A DNA stretch of 64,000 bases from Octopus vulgaris (taxonomy: Eukaryota), in assembly GCA_951406725.2 (NCBI GenBank), contig OX597830.1, forward strand, positions 7,192,001-7,256,000. The letters run 5' to 3'. Under the pieces are notes generated by a model that did no database searches, was not told the DNA's origin, and was given only the letters and a program-made list of their open reading frames with translations. A program made the position numbers and the translations under genes. Shown in pieces: positions 56,313 to 64,000 of the stretch (position 1 is its first letter; every line of letters begins with the position of its first letter).

Positions 56313-56425
56313 TAAGGCGGTGAGCTGGCAGAATCATTAGCATGCCGGACATAATACTTAGCGGCATTTCATCGACTAGTCCCCTCCCCTCAAAATTTCA
56401 GGACTTGCGCTTTCAGTAGAAAGGT
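56313..56425 (+). mobile_element. SINE family B, internally deleted
   Basis: taaggcggtgagctggcagaatc...tagcggcatttc is joined directly to atcgactagtcccctcccctcaaaatttcagg. Confidence 0.75.
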
Positions 56426-56787
56426 TTATTTTTGTTTCTCTTATCTGGCTTCTATTCCATTCACTTACTTAACCCGAGGTTGATGTCCCGCTTCGTATTG
56501 CTCTGGCTACTGGAGTGATTACGTGTCACAGTTTATTGTGCCCCCTTTATCTTCGCGCGCACACACACACACACACACACTTAAACACACACACACATAC
56601 ACATACACATAAACACACACAAAAATATTTGTATGTGCGTGTGTGTGTGAGTGTGCTTAAATAAGAGAAAAATAGAATTCACAGAGAATAGGCTTTAAAT
56701 GACATACTACAACGTGTATACCCAAATTTAAAATCATTATGCATGTACATATGCATGCGTACGTGCGCGCGCGCACACACACACAAG

Positions 56788-56840
<53 letters not shown>

Positions 56841-57767
56841 GCACATACACATATGCATACATACTTGTATACATGCATGTATGTCTGTTGAATAAATTTA
56901 TATGTTTTCTTTTATGCGGTGTATAGTATGTTTACGTACGTACTTGCAAATAGTGTGTGCGTGTGTGCATGTGTGTGTGTGTATGTGTAAATGTAGGTAA
57001 ATTGTTAAAGATAAAGATAACGTAGGGATACAGAAAAAAAGCATATATATCGATCTATTATTGATTGATTGATTTAGGACTGCAGTAGCTAGATATGGAG
57101 AGATGGGGTGGAAATGGATCCTAGAAATAGTGGTGATGTAGATGGATGTGGGCCGGAAGAAGGGAGAAAGAAATTAAAGAGAGAGAAAGAGAAGAAAAGC
57201 GAGACAACAAAAGAGAGAAAGGGCAAGAGAGAGAGAGAGAGTGAAGGAATAATAACGTGTAGGAAGAAGGTAAAATGGCGGTGAGTATAATGTGCGAGAG
57301 ACAGAAATGTTGGGAAATGGAGGCTTCACTGAAATAGCCCTGAACCGCGGCGAAGTCATAGTTTGTTGTTATTGTTGCTGTTGTTGTTGGTGGTGTTGGT
57401 TTTAAAGACACGTACCAAAAGACCTGTTAACCATGATAATTAAGTGGAGGAAGAAAGAGAGACAGAGACACACAGAGACAGAGAGAGGGCGAGGGAGAGA
57501 TTGAGAAGAGGAGGAGGAGGAGAAATTAATTGGTCCACTGTTCACAACCTGGCTTCACACAGTTTTCTATTGTCTTTTTGAACATGACGTTCTGTGCGTA
57601 GTCCGCCCTCTTTCACCCCCACCACACACTCTCATTCCCTCTCTCTCTCTCTCTCTTTTTATTTTTATTTTTATTTTTCTTTCCCACTCTCTACACATCT
57701 ATCTGTCTCTCTTGCATTTGTTTCTCGTTCTATTTGTCATTCTGACCCCATCTCTTAGTCTAGCAAT

Positions 57768-57809
57768 CTATCTATCTATCTACCTATCTATCTCTATTTA
57801 ACTATCTAT

Positions 57810-57865
<56 letters not shown>

Positions 57866-57967
57866 TCATCAATCTATTAATCTATCTACTGATCTCTATG
57901 TGTGCATGTGTGTGTGTGTATTTATCTATCTCTACCTATCTATCACTCTATGTAGGTATATATGTAT

Positions 57968-58033
<66 letters not shown>

Positions 58034-58065
58034 GTCTATCTATCTATCCATCCTCTATCAATCCG

Positions 58066-58150
<85 letters not shown>

Positions 58151-58170
58151 TTAGCTATCTATTTATCTAT
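57768..58170. repeat. (CTAT)n arrays
   Basis: Directly visible. Confidence 0.95.
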
Positions 58171-58270
58171 CGATCTATCTGTTTCTCTGCTTGCCTGTCT
58201 ACGTATCTATCTGTATTTGTGCGTGCGTTTGTCCGTGTGTATGCGTGAGAGAGAAATAAAGTTTGTGTGT

Positions 58271-58309
<39 letters not shown>

Positions 58310-58726
58310 TGTTGTGGTGTGTGTTTGTGTGTGTGCGTAGGTGTGTACGCGTCCTGTGTACAAGAGCTTTTTTCTTTCCTTCTCGATCTCCCAACCCATT
58401 TATTTATCTATCGAACGCACGCACCCATTCACCGTTCATCCTTCTATCTATCCACACGTACACACACACAAACACACGCACACAAACACGCACACACAAA
58501 CACACAGACACACACACACACATGAACACACGCACACACACGCTCGTGCACGCACAGACACAGACACATCAAAATACACACACACACATGAAGACACACA
58601 CATACACACACACACACGCACACACATATAAAGATACACACATTCGCACACAAACGCATACATGAAGACATACGCATACACTCGCACACACATACACTTC
58701 TATATATATAAATATTTCTTTTTATC

Positions 58727-58935
58727 TTTTATCTCTTACTTGTTTCAGTCATTGGAGTGCGGTCATGCTGGGGCACCGCCTTCAAAGCTTTCAGTCAAGT
58801 GAATCAACCCCAGTACTTACGTTTGAAACCCTAGCGCGTATTCTATCGTTCTCTTATTGACGAGTAGCTAAGTTACGGAGACTTAAATAAACCAGCACTG
58901 GCGGTCAAGCGTTGGTGGACGGACATAAACACAAA
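58727..58935 (-). mobile_element. SINE family A 3' half
   Basis: ttacttgtttcagtcatt...catgctggggcaccgcc...attctatcgttctc...accagcactggcggtcaagcg. Confidence 0.7.
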
Positions 58936-59330
58936 GTCACATATATACATGCACACTCACACACACACACGCACGCACATACACATACACACACGTAAAC
59001 ACACGCACGCACACTCGCATATACACATGCATATACATACATGTGTGTGTCTATACATGAAGACACTTTGTGTGTGCCTGTATGTGTGTGTGTGTGCGCG
59101 CGCGCTCGAAGGTATGTTTGTGTCTTTGTTGCCGTACACCTTCGCTAGCTTTCTTACAAAGCGGTCTAATGCTCTTAGCTTAGACTTTTTGGGAGGCAAC
59201 CAGATCGAACCACCTCAAGTGTAACTGCCCGAAATGGTCATGACTTTTCGAACTTGACTGAGGAAAGAAAGTCACGAATGACCCTTCTTGTTTTGCCTGT
59301 CCTTCTAGTTGTTGTTTCTCTTGTCCATCT

Positions 59331-59367
<37 letters not shown>

Positions 59368-59745
59368 AATTTCAGGGAGATACGAATTCGCCTGTCTATA
59401 TAAATGTAGAGATGCTAGCGCACCGTTATATCGTTCGATGTCGCCTGATCGAGTTGGTGTAATGGGTGAGTTTTTTCCTAGCATTTCTAGATTTATAGGA
59501 AATATTATATTGACAAGGAAATGAACTTTCGGTTCTAATCCAGAAACGATTTCGTCTATAATTAATCCAATAGGCTGGGATTTCGTTGTCTTCTTTCTCT
59601 TTACCATATACGGGTTACAAATTCTGTTTGTTTGTGGAGACTTTTTTACTAGTAGTAGAAATAGTGACCTATTTGGCTGCTATTTCTAATATTTCGGGTA
59701 TGTGGTTTTGAGCAACTTGTTGCAATTAACCCTTTATTATAGTTA

Positions 59746-59776
<31 letters not shown>

Positions 59777-59877
59777 TAGTTAATCTAAACATGAAAACAC
59801 AAAGAGAAAACACAACAACGCGAGGACGTGGAGCAAGTATGGTGTTATTGGACGCTCGGAAAATGAAAGAAAGACGG

Positions 59878-59917
59878 AAGATTTGACGCTTCGAACGGAG
59901 CTCTTCGTCAGAATCAT
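59878..59917 (-). ncRNA. Minimal hammerhead relic (PLE type) in a ~200-bp TA-flanked insert related to 3004-3212
   Basis: Minus strand: GATT CTGACGA A GAGC TCC GTTC GAAG CG TC AAATC, with GAAA changed to GAAG. Confidence 0.5.
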
Positions 59918-60592
59918 AGGAAAGGGAAAGATCCAAGGAAGGGAAGACGGAGAAAGAAAGTCGCCAACGATACACACACAGTCACGTTATATATATATAT
60001 TGGTGAAGTAAATACCGAGTTATATTAAACCATTATGCTGAAGGGTTAGTCATAAAAGAAGAGAGGTGGCAGTGACTGTCTGATAAAGGCTAAGAGGTCA
60101 AAACTTCGAAGTTACTTTCATCACTCTTCCTGCAAAAGTATAATGTATATCAATGTGTAATTATGTATGTCGATATATATACGTACATATACATATATAT
60201 TACCTATGTACATCGAATATATATTGTATATGCATTATAAAAACGCAAACACACACACACACGCACACATATACACACTCATATACACATGTTATATTTT
60301 CGTATGCTTATGAATATATGCAATCACGTAAACACTTATCTATTTGCATTTTCCCTCACTCTGCAACCAAAATACCAACAATCTATTTCTTTTGTATTGT
60401 TGAAAAAAGTCACGTGGTATTTCCAGTAATAACGCTTTCCCATTTAAACTAAAACATAATAGAATTTGCATTCTTTATGCTGCTTCCTGAAACTATACAA
60501 CGAGTCAGTTGTACTTTAAATTTTTTAATCTTTTGTATACTTTAAAATTTGAAATTATATTCAAACTAAGATTCATAATGGTAGCCATGTTT

Positions 60593-60616
60593 ATGATGAT
60601 GATGATGATGATGATG

Positions 60617-60668
<52 letters not shown>

Positions 60669-60732
60669 CAACAACAATAATAATAATAATAATAATAATA
60701 ATGATAATAATAATAATAACAATAATAACAAC

Positions 60733-60788
<56 letters not shown>

Positions 60789-60873
60789 TAATAATAATAA
60801 TAACAATAATAATAATAACAATAATAATAATAATAATAATAATGATAATAATAATAATAACAATAATAATAAC

Positions 60874-60942
<69 letters not shown>

Positions 60943-60950
60943 GATAATGC
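60593..60950. repeat. (GAT)n/(TAA)n/(CAA)n array with no insertion
   Basis: Directly visible. Confidence 0.95.
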
Positions 60951-62175
60951 GTAATTACTGCGAAGCTTTTGTGTGATATTGTATTTCAGTGAGTAAGCCA
61001 CTATGAAGATAAATATCATTTGACTTTTTCAGTCCATAATAACAGCATCGCATCATATTTATGTTGAGGTTTTACCTTGTTCTGATGTTTTATAGAAATT
61101 CTGAATCCTCCAATATCGTTCTTCTGATTTCCGCTGTCGTTTCGGAAAAGAATCCTTCCCCTTTACGTCTTTCACAAACCACCCTTATTATCTTGGTGAA
61201 GCAATTGTCTTCAGGAAGAGTAATAAGTGTGGAATATAAAGAAACAGAAAAGAAGAAGAAAAAAAACAAAAACAGAAAGACGTGAAAATCCGAAATAAAC
61301 TCTTTCAAGTTAACATTCTTTATGTTTTTGTTCTGAAAGAGCGGCCGTGGGTGGGAGGTGGGGGGATTGTTGGAGAAATTTCAAACAATGGATATTGAAA
61401 TTTTGTTGAAATGCTAAGAAAGCAGAACAGGTTACAGAAATTTTATTGAAATTCTATCGCTACCAGAACTGTTCCTCTGTCTGCGAACAGCAACTGGTGA
61501 GTGTTTTAATAAGTGCTTGTCAGTATGATTGCATTTAGCTAGTTCTTCGCTAGAACCTAGCTAAAACACAAGAAAAATATAATTTGTTTTCCGATCGTAT
61601 GTTGTTTGGACATATATGATGAAATTTAATCCGGTCATATTTGGCCCAAAGATTCTACTTGCCTTCTGTTAAAAGTGATCTGATCCAACCTCTCGCACAT
61701 ACCCTACAATGTCATTCTAAAATTATACAAACAAACAATTGAAATATTAAAGCTATAAGATAATGTGAATAAATTTGAATAAATAAGGATTACATTTGAC
61801 AGAATAATCTGAACGCTAAAAGGTTAAAGAAAGCAAAAGATATACCACATCGTGTTCAACTGATCCCACTTATGCCTCAAAGGCCAGCGCTAGTTAGAAG
61901 GATGACGTCATCAAAGACACCAACAGCACATATTAAGGGAAACAGTACTAGGTCCTTAATAAATAATGATAATTATTTCCGATTTGGGGAGTAATTTCGA
62001 AATGTGGGACTTTATAGATTAATTACCTGAGACGTGCTTCATTTTATTCATATGAGAAAGGATGAAAGACATCGACTAGATTTGAACTCTCAACTCAGCG
62101 AACAGGAAGAAGTACTTTAGCGATTCCACGAGTTAGCTCCCCTTAAATCAAGCTATGGAATAATATTAGAATATA

Positions 62176-62392
62176 AAAGCGGTGAGCTGGCAGAATCGTT
62201 ACTGCCCCGGAAAAACTGCTTAGCGGCATTTCTTCCAAATTTCCGTTCAAACATTCTAATGAAGTCGGGATTGACCTTGCCTTTCATCCGTTCGGGATCG
62301 ATAAAATAAGTACCAGTTGAGCACTAAAGCTAATGTAATCGATTTACAGCCTCGGTGAGAATCGCTGCTCTTCTGCCAAAATTTGAAACCAA
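62176..62392 (+). mobile_element. SINE family B
   Basis: gcggtgagctggcagaatcgtt...gaccttgcctttcatccgttcgggatcgataaaataagtaccagttgagcac. Confidence 0.8.
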
Positions 62393-63001
62393 TATAGGAA
62401 GAACGTGACAGGATTATCTTAGAAATCCAATGAATTTAGAGATTTCAAAATAAAAGAGAAAACTTGTCCGAAACAATGATGTATGTGTGCCCCCCCCCCC
62501 ATGAAGGGGAGACTTCAATTGATAAATACATATGAAATATTGTTCCACCCCAACTTACACTATTTCCTTGATGTTGTGGTAAGAAATGACGTATATTTAT
62601 TCAGCTTCTAAGGCAAGCTGCAGCAATAACAAAAACAAAATTTAAAAAAAAAACACACATATACATTATTTTTTACTCTAAGATAGATAACCGAACATCT
62701 GTTGAGGTGGCTATAACATGTCCGCGCAAGAAATTGCACCAACATAGAGCTAATAAATCAGGATGGACAAACCCGATACGCGCCATCCTCTGATATAGAA
62801 TAAGAGTTTAGCATTGCACGTCAAGATGTCTCTAATGACCAAACAACAGGAGTAAAACACCTCATTCGTGTGATTCGGGTACATGCCACGAAGCTGTGTA
62901 AAAAGGGTACTAACACAAATACATCGGTCCATAAATATATCAGAAGTACGAATATACACTCGCATACATATATACGTACATATATATATACATATACATA
63001 C

Positions 63002-63033
<32 letters not shown>

Positions 63034-63071
63034 ATATATGAATATATATATATATGCATATACGAATGTAC

Positions 63072-63104
<33 letters not shown>

Positions 63105-64000
63105 CATGTATATGTATATATACATATATATACATATATACACACACACACGAATTTATATATATGTATATGTATATGCATATATATATATATGTGTGCG
63201 TGTGAGTGTGTGTGTGTATACATATATATATGTACGTACACACATACACATGCATATGTGTGTGTGTGTGTATATATCTGAATATCTTGTATTCTGCACT
63301 GACTTTTTAATAAAGGTGTCATCGCGTCGTTGACACGCAGATTTATGGCGCTTTTGTAACATTTCTCGCTCTATTGTAACGCTTGGATTTGTGACGCATC
63401 AACTCATTTGCATAAACAAGATATCGTTTATCAAAATATGCAAATACTCAGGATAAACAAATTTTGAGGATAATTGTGATAATATGGCAAAAGCAAATAA
63501 AAAGACGAATATATATATATATACCCATACATACATAACTATATGCATACATATATATATGTGTGTGTGTATTTATGTATGTATATATAATTATATACAT
63601 ACATACATATCTGTGTCTATCTATGTGTTATGTATATATGTAATTGTATATGCATATTTTTGCACAGCGCAGCATAAGTCAGATGAAAGGAAGGAAATTG
63701 AAGCATTACAGCGGGTTTAATAGAAACGAAAATACATTCTATCTATAATATTGATTCGAGGATAGAAAAAGACGATGAGTGTTTCCTGACGGACCGTTTC
63801 GCGCTTTGTTGACCGCTCTTCTGCTCTGTGAGTGTGTGTCTGTGTGTGTGTGTGTGTGCACATATGGATATATATGTAAGTGCGTATTAGGGAATGAAAC
63901 CATGAACGTAACCCATTTCGTAGTAGTGTCATCATTTGATTCCTGAGAGAAAGAGAGAGAGAGAGACAGAGAGACAGAGAGAGATGGAGAGAGAGAGACA

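Noticed and set aside
59362-59720. 81-aa minus-strand ORF in a TA-flanked block
   Set aside because: No recognisable domain. Probably a TE fragment but it cannot be classified.

Overview
AT-rich, microsatellite-saturated non-coding animal DNA, most consistent with an Octopus (cephalopod) intron or intergenic region. The organism is inferred from the SINE types and repeat density and was not verified. No intact host protein-coding gene is visible, and nearly all supplied ORFs are translations of (TA)n, (CA)n, (GATA)n, (TAA)n or (GAA)n tracts. The recognisable content is transposon-derived: more than 20 SINE copies of at least three families (two of them with tRNA-like heads); four 5'-truncated R4/Dong-type non-LTR retrotransposon ends with a restriction-like endonuclease, all inserted in (TAA)n arrays, three of them stacked in one array at 34.7-37.3 kb; a mariner relic, MITEs, RTE-like relics and several Penelope-like element (PLE) relics. 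The most striking signal is a dispersed set of about a dozen type I hammerhead-ribozyme motifs with palindromic stem III. One at 45380-45474 (-) looks fully intact, several sit inside inverted-repeat elements embedded in or next to TA-rich tracts, and most lie on the minus strand. All structures were read by eye and not computed.
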